The position numbers and the translations under genes are program-made. Below are positions 28,519-37,983 of a stretch of DNA of 64,000 nt, in pieces; positions within the stretch are counted from its first letter, which is position 1; every line of letters starts with the position of its first letter. The stretch spans positions 513,490 through 577,489 of the forward strand of contig CP174360.1 in assembly GCA_045401155.1 (NCBI GenBank), read 5' to 3'. This DNA is from Candidatus Minusculum obligatum. Its GTDB lineage: Bacteria > Patescibacteriota > Minisyncoccia > Phycocordibacterales > Phycocordibacteraceae. The notes under the pieces were generated by a model, which made no database searches, was not told where the DNA came from, and worked only from the letters and a program-made list of their open reading frames with translations.

Positions 28519-29676
28519 ATGAAGATACTTGCTATCGAAACCTCATGTGACGAAACAGCCGTTTCAGTCATTGAAGCATCTGGAGATGAAGCTGCGGCTC
28601 ATTTTAACGTACTTGGAAATGCGCTCCTTTCACAAATTGAGCTCCACCGAGAATACGGTGGCGTATTCCCTACACTTGCTAAGCGTGAGCATGCAAAGAA
28701 CCTCGTGCCTATTGCACGCGCGACGCTCACTGAAGCAGACATGATCAAGAGCAATTACACAGAACTTCCTGAGAGTCTTGAAAATCACATCATCGAACTT
28801 CTCGAAAGAGAGCCTGAGATGACCACAAATCTCATTGAATTTCTAAAGGAAGTAGAAACTCCAGATATTGATGCCATAGCCGTGACAAAAGGACCAGGAC
28901 TTGAACCTGCTCTTTGGGTTGGTATTAACTTTGCAAAAGCACTTTCTCTTGCCTGGGATAAACCACTTATTCCTGTAAATCATATGGAGGGGCACATTTT
29001 CTCTTCGCTACTTAAAGATGATGCCATCGAGCATACAAAACTCCCTCTTCTTGCCCTTTTGATCTCTGGAGGACATACAGAGCTTGTACTTATGAAAGAC
29101 TGGCTCTCATATGAACTTATTGGAGAGACACAGGACGATGCTGTAGGAGAGGCCTTTGATAAAGTGGCACGCATGATGGACCTTCCATATCCTGGAGGAC
29201 CTGAAATCAGTAAGCTTGCAGAGATTGCACGAAGTGAAAAACTAGAAGAAGTATTTAAACTTCCTCGTCCAATGCTTGATAAAGACAATTGTGATTTCTC
29301 ATTCGCAGGACTTAAAACCGCAGTGCTCTATACCCTAAAAAATATTGAAAATATATCTGAAACAGATAAAAAGAATATTGCGCATGCATTTGAAAATGCT
29401 GCAGCTGAAGTGCTCCTAAAAAAGACTTTGCGGGCAATTAGTGAACATAACGCACAAACACTCGTACTTGGTGGCGGAGTATCAGCAAACCATCACATAC
29501 GACGCGTGTTTGAAGAGACAATAACTACAGAGCACCCAGAAGTAGATCTTTGTCTCCCTGATCCAAAACTAACCACAGACAATGCAATCATGATTGGCAT
29601 CGCCGGATACTACAGAGCTCTCAAAGAAGAATTTGAAAAAGACTTCTCTGCTGATGGAAACCTAAAGGTGCACTAA
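28519..29676 (+). CDS. tsaD: tRNA N6-adenosine threonylcarbamoyltransferase TsaD (Kae1/YgjD family)
   Basis: MKILAIETSCDETAVSVIE, HMEGH..., GGGVSAN motifs. Confidence 0.88.
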   Translation: MKILAIETSCDETAVSVIEASGDEAAAHFNVLGNALLSQIELHREYGGVFPTLAKREHAKNLVPIARATLTEADMIKSNYTELPESLENHIIELLEREPEMTTNLIEFLKEVETPDIDAIAVTKGPGLEPALWVGINFAKALSLAWDKPLIPVNHMEGHIFSSLLKDDAIEHTKLPLLALLISGGHTELVLMKDWLSYELIGETQDDAVGEAFDKVARMMDLPYPGGPEISKLAEIARSEKLEEVFKLPRPMLDKDNCDFSFAGLKTAVLYTLKNIENISETDKKNIAHAFENAAAEVLLKKTLRAISEHNAQTLVLGGGVSANHHIRRVFEETITTEHPEVDLCLPDPKLTTDNAIMIGIAGYYRALKEEFEKDFSADGNLKVH

Positions 29677-29677
29677 A

Positions 29678-29706
29678 ATAACCGCTTCAAAAGCGGTTAT
29701 TTTTCT
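29678..29706 (+). terminator. Rho-independent terminator after tsaD
   Basis: aaccgcttc-a-aaagcggtt + ATTTTTCT. Confidence 0.6.
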
Positions 29707-29724
29707 GGTACTCTCTACATACAT

Positions 29725-31905
29725 ATGGACGAAAAATTTAATACACCGTACAACCCACAGGAGACAGAATCACGCATCTATCAGATGTGGGAAGATTCAA
29801 AACTATTTAATCCTGATGAAGCTGTTGCCCAGGGTCACACTGATGAGAATGCTGAGTCATATACAATCGTCCTTCCCCCACCAAACGTAACTGGAGTGCT
29901 TCACATGGGACACGCTTCAATGCTTGCAATTGAAGATACATTTATTCGATACAATCGAATGCAAGGAAAGAAAACTCTTTGGATTCCTGGAACAGACTCT
30001 GCATCTATTGCCACACAAAACGTGGTTGAGAAGAAACTAAAGAAAGAAGAGAAGCTTTCTCGGCATGATATTGGACGAGAAGGACTTCTTGAAAAAATTG
30101 CTGAGTTTGTGGAAGAGAGTAAAAACACCATCATTTCTCAAATCAAAGGTATGGGAGCGTCTCTTGATTGGTCTCGATATGCCTTCACCATGGATGAGAA
30201 ACGATACGCTGCCGTAAACGAAGCATTCATCCGCATGTTTAACGCAGGACTTATTGTGCGAGGACACCGAAGCGTAAACTGGGATCCAAAAGGACAAACA
30301 GTAATCTCAGATGACGAGCTTGATTACAAAGAAGAAAAAACAAAATTCTACTATCTAAAATATGGTCCATTTACCATTGGTACTGCACGACCCGAAACAA
30401 AGTTTGGAGATAAATACGTAGTAATGCACCCAGATGATGAACGATACAAGGAGTACGAGCATGGTCAGAAAATTGAAGTTGAGTGGATCAATGGACCAAT
30501 CACTGCAACCATCATCAAAGATGAAGCGGCAAATCCTGAGTTTGGATCTGGAGTAATGACTATTACCCCATGGCACTCTCAAATCGACTTTGAAATTGCA
30601 CAGCGGCATAATCTAGAGTATGAACAAATTATTGATTTTTATGGAAAGCTTCTTCCTGTTGCAGGAGAAGAATTTGCAGGAATGAAGATTGCTGATGCTC
30701 GAGAAAAAATTATTGAAAAACTTGAGAGCAAAGGACTTGTTGAAAAGATCGACGACAATTACGTACACAATATTGCAACAGGAGATCGAACAGGTGCTGT
30801 TATCGAACCACAAATCATGGAGCAGTGGTTTATTGATGTAAATAAGAAGTTTACCCTTCCTCACTCAAATATAAACGGAATTACTGCTGGATCAGAAGTA
30901 ACACTCAAAGAACTTATGATCGCGGCAGTTAAGAATGAAAATATTGAAATCCTTCCTGAACGATTTAATAAAATTTACTTCCACTGGGTAGAGAATCTAC
31001 GCCCATGGTGTATCTCTCGCCAGATCTGGTACGGACATCGTATTCCTGTTTGGTATAAGGGAGATGAGATTAAAGCTCAAGTTGAATCTCCAGGAGACGA
31101 TTGGAAGCAAGACGAAGATACGCTTGATACGTGGTTCTCTTCAGGGCTTTGGACGCTCTCTACACTTGGATGGCCAGAGAAGACAAAAGATCTAGAGACA
31201 TATCACCCAACAAGCATGCTTGAGACTGGGTATGACATTATCTTCTTCTGGGTAGCCCGAATGATTTTGATGACTACATTCCTTACAGGAGATGTACCAT
31301 TTAAGAAAGTATTCCTACATGGAATGGTGCGCGATAACAAGGGACAGAAAATGAGCAAGAGTAAAGGAAACGGTATTGATCCACTTGATCTTATTTCTGA
31401 ATACGGAGCAGATGCTGCGCGCTTTGCACTTATCACTGGAGCCGCGCCAGGAAATGATATTCCCCTTGATGTACAGCAAGTAAAAGGATACAAACGCTTC
31501 ACAAATAAAATCTGGAACGCGTCACGTTTTGTACTTATGAATACAGAAGGTATAGATATCACAAACAAGCCAGAACTTTCTACTGAAGACCAAAAAGATA
31601 TTGACGAGCTTCACGAAATGGTTGCTGAGGTAGAAAAGCATATCGATACATACCGACTCGATCTTGCCGCAGACCGTGCATACCATTACTTCTGGCACAC
31701 ATTCGCTGATATTATTATTGAGAAGAGTAAGAAAGATCTTGAAGGAGACAATAAGGAAGCAGTTGCGTGGAAGCTGCATTACATCCTTAGAACATCTCTA
31801 AAGACCCTTCACCCCTTCATGCCATTTGTTACTGAAGAAGTTTGGCAATCTCTCCCAGAGACAGATAGTAAATACCTTCTCGTTGCAAAGTGGCCAAAAG
31901 CCTAA
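29725..31905 (+). CDS. valS: Valine--tRNA ligase, short form
   Basis: PPPNVTGVLHMGHA (HIGH), KMSKSKGN (KMSKS); 726 aa suggests the C-terminal coiled-coil extension is absent. Confidence 0.85.
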   Translation: MDEKFNTPYNPQETESRIYQMWEDSKLFNPDEAVAQGHTDENAESYTIVLPPPNVTGVLHMGHASMLAIEDTFIRYNRMQGKKTLWIPGTDSASIATQNVVEKKLKKEEKLSRHDIGREGLLEKIAEFVEESKNTIISQIKGMGASLDWSRYAFTMDEKRYAAVNEAFIRMFNAGLIVRGHRSVNWDPKGQTVISDDELDYKEEKTKFYYLKYGPFTIGTARPETKFGDKYVVMHPDDERYKEYEHGQKIEVEWINGPITATIIKDEAANPEFGSGVMTITPWHSQIDFEIAQRHNLEYEQIIDFYGKLLPVAGEEFAGMKIADAREKIIEKLESKGLVEKIDDNYVHNIATGDRTGAVIEPQIMEQWFIDVNKKFTLPHSNINGITAGSEVTLKELMIAAVKNENIEILPERFNKIYFHWVENLRPWCISRQIWYGHRIPVWYKGDEIKAQVESPGDDWKQDEDTLDTWFSSGLWTLSTLGWPEKTKDLETYHPTSMLETGYDIIFFWVARMILMTTFLTGDVPFKKVFLHGMVRDNKGQKMSKSKGNGIDPLDLISEYGADAARFALITGAAPGNDIPLDVQQVKGYKRFTNKIWNASRFVLMNTEGIDITNKPELSTEDQKDIDELHEMVAEVEKHIDTYRLDLAADRAYHYFWHTFADIIIEKSKKDLEGDNKEAVAWKLHYILRTSLKTLHPFMPFVTEEVWQSLPETDSKYLLVAKWPKA

Positions 31906-32622
31906 ATGATTGAACTACAAACGATTATATACGCAGCGCTTGGCGGTATTTTACCTGCTCTTATTTGGCTGTACTTTTGGCTTAAGGAAGACTCTCGATG
32001 TCCTGAGCCACGACACTTAATTATCCTTGCTTTTATTGCAGGAATGATTGCGGTACCACTTGTGCTTCCTTTCCAAAAATGGGCACTCGCGCACTATGGA
32101 GAACTGAGTATTGCACTTGTATTTGTCTGGGCTGCGGTTGAAGAACTTATGAAGTATGGAGTGGCTGCGGTTGCCGTACTTTGGCGCCGAGAAGTAAATG
32201 AGCCAATAGACGCCATGATGTATATGGTTACTGCAGCGCTTGGATTTGCGGCACTTGAAAACACCCTCTTCCTCCTCTCTCCTATTGCTGACGGAAGCTT
32301 AGTCGATAGCTTTGTTACAGGAAATCTTCGATTCCTTGGAGCAACATTGCTTCACGTACTAGCTTCTGCTCTTGTTGGATTTGCAATGGCAATATCATTT
32401 TATGCGCACAAAAAACTCATGCCGCTATATACCAGCATCGGACTTATCCTCGCGATTGCATTGCATACCATCTTTAACCTTCTTATAATTTCAAATACAG
32501 GACAGAACACACTTGCAGCGTTTTTCTTTGTTTGGATTGGCGTAGTGGTACTTCTTGTGTTGTTCGAAGTAGCGCGTGTTATCCGATTCAAAAAACCTAA
32601 GAAAAAAGGTGTGCGAAACTAA
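31906..32622 (+). CDS. PrsW-family intramembrane metalloprotease
   Basis: Multi-TM; AAVEELMKYG (EExxK), GFAALEN (FxxxEN), LLHVLASAL (H) motifs. Confidence 0.65.
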   Translation: MIELQTIIYAALGGILPALIWLYFWLKEDSRCPEPRHLIILAFIAGMIAVPLVLPFQKWALAHYGELSIALVFVWAAVEELMKYGVAAVAVLWRREVNEPIDAMMYMVTAALGFAALENTLFLLSPIADGSLVDSFVTGNLRFLGATLLHVLASALVGFAMAISFYAHKKLMPLYTSIGLILAIALHTIFNLLIISNTGQNTLAAFFFVWIGVVVLLVLFEVARVIRFKKPKKKGVRN

Positions 32623-32624
32623 TT

Positions 32625-33158
32625 ATGTTTGGAAAAAAGAAAAAACAATCTCTATTTGAAAAGCTTACAGGAAGCGTAAGCTTAAGTGAGGACTATGATG
32701 CATTTGAAGATGACTTCAAACCAGAGGCTCCTGAAGAAACGCCTGTAGCCCCTAGAAAGATGATGGTAAATGAACATGACGAACCACTACCCCCTGAGCT
32801 TGAAGAGGAGCTTGAAGAGGAAGAAGGGTCAGGACAACTTCCTGTAGATGTATACCAGAGTCCAAATGAGATTGTTATTCGTGCATTTGTAGCAGGTGTA
32901 CGCTCAGACATGCTTGATATCTCAATCACTCGAGACATGGTAACGATCTCAGGAGCTCGAGAAGTGCGTGAAGAAGTAGACAATTCTGACTATTTCCATA
33001 AAGAACTGTACTGGGGATCATTTTCTCGAACTATCCTCCTTCCTCAAGAAGTTGATGTAGATGGGTCATCTGCTTCAGCAAAAGACGGACTTCTTACCCT
33101 TATCCTTCCAAAACTAGATAAAGCACGGCAAACAAAACTCAAGGTAAAGAATGGATAA
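32625..33158 (+). CDS. Hsp20/alpha-crystallin family small heat-shock protein
   Basis: Acidic N-terminal extension then an alpha-crystallin domain (PVDVYQSPNEIVIRAFVAGV...GLLTLILPK). Confidence 0.8.
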   Translation: MFGKKKKQSLFEKLTGSVSLSEDYDAFEDDFKPEAPEETPVAPRKMMVNEHDEPLPPELEEELEEEEGSGQLPVDVYQSPNEIVIRAFVAGVRSDMLDISITRDMVTISGAREVREEVDNSDYFHKELYWGSFSRTILLPQEVDVDGSSASAKDGLLTLILPKLDKARQTKLKVKNG

Positions 33159-33162
33159 ATAA

Positions 33163-33196
33163 AAAGAACCCGGTATCGGGTTCTTTTTATTTTTGT
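33163..33196. terminator. Bidirectional rho-independent terminator
   Basis: agaacccg-gtat-cgggttct flanked by A-run and T-run. Confidence 0.65.
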
Positions 33197-33268
33197 GCTG
33201 AGAGGCAGATTCGAACTGCCGACCCCTTGTGCTTCAAACAAGTGCTCTAACCAACTGAGCTACCTCAG
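33195..33268 (-). tRNA. tRNA-Phe (GAA)
   Basis: Reverse complement folds: acceptor gctgagg/tctcagc, D-arm gctcagttggttagagc, anticodon loop ttGAAgc, T-arm ggcag-ttcgaat-ctgcc. Confidence 0.85.
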
Positions 33269-33270
33269 CA

Positions 33271-33591
33271 TTATTCCCCTGCCTGGTGATTCTCAAGCGC
33301 CCCTTGCACCTGATCTAGTCCAGGAATCTTGATCAACCCTTCAAAAATACTTGCGTCTCCTGACTTAATACTTTCAAACGTATTGGTTGCTCCGTCAACG
33401 TATGGCTTTAGAAGTGCAAAGTAGATAATGATTGGTAGGCCAAGAATAACTGCCCATACCAAGAAACGAATGATACCGCTCACGAACATGCCTCGCTGTA
33501 TACTCCTGATACGGCGATTGTTCTCCTTTGCAAGTCTAAGGTTCTCTTTTACCAGCCTTTCTAGTCTCTGGTCATCATCCATACGATGCAC
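33271..33591 (-). CDS. Hypothetical small membrane protein
   Basis: ORF with central TM helix, between two tRNA genes. Confidence 0.35.
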   Translation of the reverse strand: MHRMDDDQRLERLVKENLRLAKENNRRIRSIQRGMFVSGIIRFLVWAVILGLPIIIYFALLKPYVDGATNTFESIKSGDASIFEGLIKIPGLDQVQGALENHQAGE

Positions 33592-33625
33592 CTTAATATA
33601 GCAAATATAAAGGATTTTAAAAGTG

Positions 33626-33697
33626 TGTCCCCACCAGGAGTCGAACCCAGATTTTTTCCTTAGGACGGAACTGTTCTATCCATTGAACTACAGGGAC
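33626..33697 (-). tRNA. tRNA-Arg (CCT) candidate
   Basis: Reverse complement: acceptor gtccctg/tggggac (two G.U), D-arm gttcaatggatagaac, anticodon loop gtCCTaa on a 4-bp stem, T-arm ctggg-ttcgact-cctgg (two G.U). Confidence 0.6.
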
Positions 33698-33753
33698 AAT
33701 AGGAAAAACATACCATAGCAATCAAAAAACCGCCTCAAGAGGCGGCTTTTTGA

Positions 33754-33999
33754 TTAAAGACCCAGAAGCTCTTTAAGACGATCCTCATCATATCCGATTA
33801 CCATCTCTTCTCCGATGAAAATAACAGGTACCCCCATCTGTCCACTCTTTTCAATCATCTCTGCACGCTTCTCCTGATCAACAGAAACATCATGCTCTGT
33901 ATACTCAACGCCATTTTCTTTGAAAAACTCTTTTGAAGTTTGGCAGAAATGACATGTTGGTGTGCTGTAGATTGTTACTTGCTTATCCATGTGTATCAA
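33754..33999 (-). CDS. Glutaredoxin-family protein (NrdH/GrxC-like)
   Basis: CHFC redox motif after beta-1 (VTIYSTPTCHFCQ), thioredoxin fold; ~80 aa. Confidence 0.75.
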   Translation of the reverse strand: MIHMDKQVTIYSTPTCHFCQTSKEFFKENGVEYTEHDVSVDQEKRAEMIEKSGQMGVPVIFIGEEMVIGYDEDRLKELLGL

Positions 34000-34030
34000 T
34001 TTCTATTATGTAATTAGAGGCAGTATACCA

Positions 34031-34399
34031 CTACTCAAATAAACGCAAAAACCAACCAAAAATACCCTCTTTATTCACTTGTTCGGTTGTTGTTGCGGGC
34101 AATGCGTCAAGCACCACAATTACCTCCTCTCCCTCTTTTGCAACATCAAACGTACTCCGCACAAGCGCCTCTTGCCCTCTTTTTGTACTAAGCACTTCAA
34201 GATCTTCAGTAAGGATAGCTTCGCGCTCCTTCACGCTCTCAAACTCTCGAACAGCTTCTGCACGCTTACTTGCCGCCTCCCGCTCCTTACCAAGCAAATT
34301 AAAAACTGTAACCCCTAAAAACCCCACTAAAAGCACTAAAACAAACAGCGTAATACGATTATATATTGGAGAAATTCCTCTTTTCGCACGTCGTGCCAT
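34031..34399 (-). CDS. Septum-formation initiator-like (FtsB/DivIC-like) protein
   Basis: N-terminal TM helix followed by a coiled-coil-prone region. Confidence 0.4.
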   Translation of the reverse strand: MARRAKRGISPIYNRITLFVLVLLVGFLGVTVFNLLGKEREAASKRAEAVREFESVKEREAILTEDLEVLSTKRGQEALVRSTFDVAKEGEEVIVVLDALPATTTEQVNKEGIFGWFLRLFE

Positions 34400-34521
34400 A
34401 TGTGCTAGTATAGCACCATGTTATTTGACCCCAAGGTTCGAAAAGTGCTACGTGTAGTCTTTATTGTGGTTGCCGTACTACTTATTCTCTCAATGACCAT
34501 CGCTTTCACTCCTATTTTCTA

Positions 34522-36309
34522 CTAGGAGTCACTCTTAATCATTTTCATAAACACCTCCTCTGGGATATCTACTTTTGCATTAGCAAGAGCCTTTTTCTTT
34601 CCCTTTTTCTGCTTTTCAAGAAGCTTACGTTTACGCGTAATATCTCCTCCATAAAGATGCCCTGTAACATCCTTTCGAAGGGCTGAGAGTGATTTAGATG
34701 AGAGAACACGACCCATAGCTTGCGCCTGGATCTTTGTAACAAACTGCTGCCGAGGAAGAATCTCGTGCAACTTCTCTACAAGCTTCTCTGCATCTTCTTG
34801 CGCTCTTCGCCTTGAAACAATACGTGTAAATGCAGGCACCACCTCCTCTGCCACAAGTACATCAAGACGAACCACATCTGCATTTCGCATCTCAAGCATC
34901 TCATAACTAAGGGATGCATATCCGCTTGATACACTCTTCACACGATCAAAAAATCCACGCATAAGCTCACGAAGCGGCATCTCCGCAAGAATCTCCATAC
35001 GCCCATCTCCAAACGTCTCTGTGGCTCCTACAGCAGCCTCGTGCTCATACAGAAGCTTTAGAATATTATCAATCGTCTCAGGCGTGGTGATAAGCGTGAT
35101 TAATACCCACGGCTCAGATACTGATGCAACGTCACCATGCTCAGGGAACTTAGATGGTGTGTACACGGTAATTGCCTCTCCCTTTTTATTTGTTACCTCG
35201 TAGGTAATTGTTGGCATCGTAACAATAAGTGCCAAATTAAACTCACGTCGCAAACGCTCCGTAATAATCTCAAGGTGTAGCATTCCCAAAAACCCACACC
35301 TAAATCCACGCCCAAGAACTCCTGAAGCCTCCTCCTCAAATGAGATAGATGAGTCTGTAAGCTGCAATCGCTCAAGCGCCTGGCGAAGCAGCGGCAGATC
35401 ATCCTGACTCTCAGGATATACAGATGCCCACACTACAGGTGAAGCCTCCTTGTATCCAGCAAGACTCTCTAGCTTTCCATCCTTTTTACCTACCGTATCT
35501 CCGACATTTACAACTCCTGGCTCCTTAATACCGGTCACAATATATCCAATCTCTCCAACTTCCAGAGAATCTGCCGGTGTTTCCTTTGGCGTAAATACTC
35601 CAACCTCTTGTGCAATAAATCCTTTGCCTGCCTGCTTAAAGTAAAGCTGATCCCCTTTCTTTACCTTCCCATCAAAAAGTCGTGTATAGAGAATAATTCC
35701 CCGGTGATTTGAATAATCAAAATCAAAAATAAGCGCCCGCGGTTCATTTGCCTCTCTATTCTCTGGAGCAGGCACACGCTCAATAAGGGCGTTTAGAAGG
35801 TCTTCTGAACCCTCTCCTGTCTTTCCTGATGTATGGATAATGTCTTCTTTAGAACAATCAATAAGACGAACGATCTCATCTGAAATCTCATCAATGCGCG
35901 CATATGGAGAATCAATCTTTGAAAGCACCGGGATAATCACACACCCCTGCTCTCGCGCCATCGCGAGCGTTGAAAGTGTCTGCGCCTGCACACCCTGCGT
36001 ACTATCCACCAAAAGCACCACCCCCTCTACCGCCTTAAGCGCTCGGGATACCTCATATGCAAAATCAATGTGCCCTGGAGTATCAATAAGATTAATGATG
36101 TACGAAACCCCATCCTTTTCGTACTTCATGCGCGCAGGCTGCATCTTGATTGTAATACCGCGCTCACGCTCAAGGTCCATCTGATCAAGCACCTGATCCT
36201 TCATCTCTCGCTGCGTAATGGTCCCGGTACGCTCAAGAAGCCGATCTGCAAGCGTCGACTTCCCATGATCAATATGGGCAATGATTGAAAAATTTCGTAT
36301 CTCTTCCAT
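34522..36309 (-). CDS. lepA: Elongation factor 4
   Basis: IRNFSIIAHIDHGKSTLADRLL G domain, LepA-specific C-terminal domain. Confidence 0.92.
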   Translation of the reverse strand: MEEIRNFSIIAHIDHGKSTLADRLLERTGTITQREMKDQVLDQMDLERERGITIKMQPARMKYEKDGVSYIINLIDTPGHIDFAYEVSRALKAVEGVVLLVDSTQGVQAQTLSTLAMAREQGCVIIPVLSKIDSPYARIDEISDEIVRLIDCSKEDIIHTSGKTGEGSEDLLNALIERVPAPENREANEPRALIFDFDYSNHRGIILYTRLFDGKVKKGDQLYFKQAGKGFIAQEVGVFTPKETPADSLEVGEIGYIVTGIKEPGVVNVGDTVGKKDGKLESLAGYKEASPVVWASVYPESQDDLPLLRQALERLQLTDSSISFEEEASGVLGRGFRCGFLGMLHLEIITERLRREFNLALIVTMPTITYEVTNKKGEAITVYTPSKFPEHGDVASVSEPWVLITLITTPETIDNILKLLYEHEAAVGATETFGDGRMEILAEMPLRELMRGFFDRVKSVSSGYASLSYEMLEMRNADVVRLDVLVAEEVVPAFTRIVSRRRAQEDAEKLVEKLHEILPRQQFVTKIQAQAMGRVLSSKSLSALRKDVTGHLYGGDITRKRKLLEKQKKGKKKALANAKVDIPEEVFMKMIKSDS

Positions 36310-37979
36310 TAGAATTCAGATTGCGGCTCTAGCTTTCGTTTATTGAAAAAGCTCATAACTCCAGCCTGTATCTCCTTATACTCCCTATTTGAGAGTCCCC
36401 AGAGTACAAACAAGAACGCTGCAAGACCCAGAGTACCAGCAAGTGCGCCTTGTGCAAGTACGGCAGGCAATGAGGTGAGCGCAAAAATACCACCCAAAAG
36501 CGTAAGCGTTGTATATGCTGTTGCCCCCGCAATAATAGATGCTGCAAAGCTTTGGAAAAATACAGGGATGATTTCTTTTGCAAAACCAGCATACCTACTC
36601 GCGAACAAGAAAAACGCTAGCAACCCTGCTCCAATTTGCCCCAACGCAACCCCAAGAGAAATAGATGCAATCTCAGTTCCTGGCACAAATGACACGCGGA
36701 GCAATGACTCCATAAAGTACGTATACACGGGAACATGTGTATGCACCATAAGCAATAGAACCGCTGCACCAATAGAGACAACCGCACCAATTCCTTGGAT
36801 AACAAGCGGTGTAAATGTTTTCCCAGCCGCATAGTATGCGCGCGCAATAAGAAGAATAAGTGCCTGCCCCACAATAGAAGTCATAAGAAGTGCAAGCACA
36901 GCAGCGGTAAGACGTGTGTCGTCCCACGTAAACTCTCCTGTACCAAACACCACGCGCACAATATGCGCACGTAGCACCACAAATAACACGAGAGAAAGCA
37001 TTGACCACAAAATGAGGTGTCGCGCTGCATCTGATACACGACGCACAAAATTCTCTATATCATTTGCTGCATAGAGTGTGGCAAGTGTAGGAAATGCAAC
37101 AACCGCATACGACGCTCCAATAAGTGCAAGCGGCACTCCCTGCAAATTGTACGCGAAGCTAAAAATTGTAATTGATCCCTCCTTTAAAGGGGCTGCGAGC
37201 ACCGTAACCGCAACTCCAATAACAATAGGAGCAGACAGTGCGAGCGCTCGCGGGAATGAGTGCATTACAATATTTCTAATACGCGTAAAACTTGGGACCT
37301 TTAGATATGGAGTAAGCTTTGCACTAACAACAATTGGTAAGTGGATCACCATGTGCAAGAAAGCACCAAGCACCACTCCAAACCCAAGCCCTGCCATACC
37401 ATAAATAGGTTCTAGGAAAAGAATTCCGAGGATAATTCCGACATTGTAGAACACTCCAGAGAGCGCATAAAGCAAGAATCTCTTCTCAAGCTGCGTCACG
37501 CTACTTACAACACTTGAAAGCCCCAGCAAGATTGGCTGCAATAGAAGAATTCTTGTAAGTAACACGAAATCAGAAAATACCTCTGTGTCTGCAAAACTTG
37601 GATAGAGTGCCTCTAGTATCTGTGGCGTGTAAACCGCAACCACAATGCCAACTGCACCTAATGTAATCGTTAAAAACAAAAGTGCATCAGAGAGAAGCTC
37701 TTTTGCTTTTTGTTTTGATTCTTCACTCGCCCTTGCGATAAGCGGAATCAAAATGTAGGCAGATACAAGAGATGCAATGAGTGCGAAGAGAAGGTCTGGC
37801 AATTTAAACGCTGCATAGTACACATCAAGTAACTCACTTGCTCCAAAACTATGTGCAAGTATACGATCACGCAAAAGCGCAAGCAATTGCGCTAAAAACG
37901 TGAATATCGCTACTGTATATGCCGCGGCATGTAGATTCGCTACTTCTTTGCGAATGATGCGGAAGAAGGAACGAACCAT
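36309..37979 (-). CDS. murJ: Lipid II flippase MurJ (MviN family)
   Basis: 14-TM MOP-superfamily profile, LAQLLALLRDRILAHSFGASELLDVYYAAFKLPD N-terminal signature. Confidence 0.8.
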   Translation of the reverse strand: MVRSFFRIIRKEVANLHAAAYTVAIFTFLAQLLALLRDRILAHSFGASELLDVYYAAFKLPDLLFALIASLVSAYILIPLIARASEESKQKAKELLSDALLFLTITLGAVGIVVAVYTPQILEALYPSFADTEVFSDFVLLTRILLLQPILLGLSSVVSSVTQLEKRFLLYALSGVFYNVGIILGILFLEPIYGMAGLGFGVVLGAFLHMVIHLPIVVSAKLTPYLKVPSFTRIRNIVMHSFPRALALSAPIVIGVAVTVLAAPLKEGSITIFSFAYNLQGVPLALIGASYAVVAFPTLATLYAANDIENFVRRVSDAARHLILWSMLSLVLFVVLRAHIVRVVFGTGEFTWDDTRLTAAVLALLMTSIVGQALILLIARAYYAAGKTFTPLVIQGIGAVVSIGAAVLLLMVHTHVPVYTYFMESLLRVSFVPGTEIASISLGVALGQIGAGLLAFFLFASRYAGFAKEIIPVFFQSFAASIIAGATAYTTLTLLGGIFALTSLPAVLAQGALAGTLGLAAFLFVLWGLSNREYKEIQAGVMSFFNKRKLEPQSEF

Positions 37980-37983
37980 AGTA

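Noticed and set aside
36343-37404. Plus- and minus-strand secondary ORFs inside murJ (36343..36834, 36353..36592, 36617..36874, 36673..37008, 37078..37404)
   Set aside because: Alternative frames or antisense of a polytopic membrane-protein gene; Cys/Tyr/Arg-rich nonsense.
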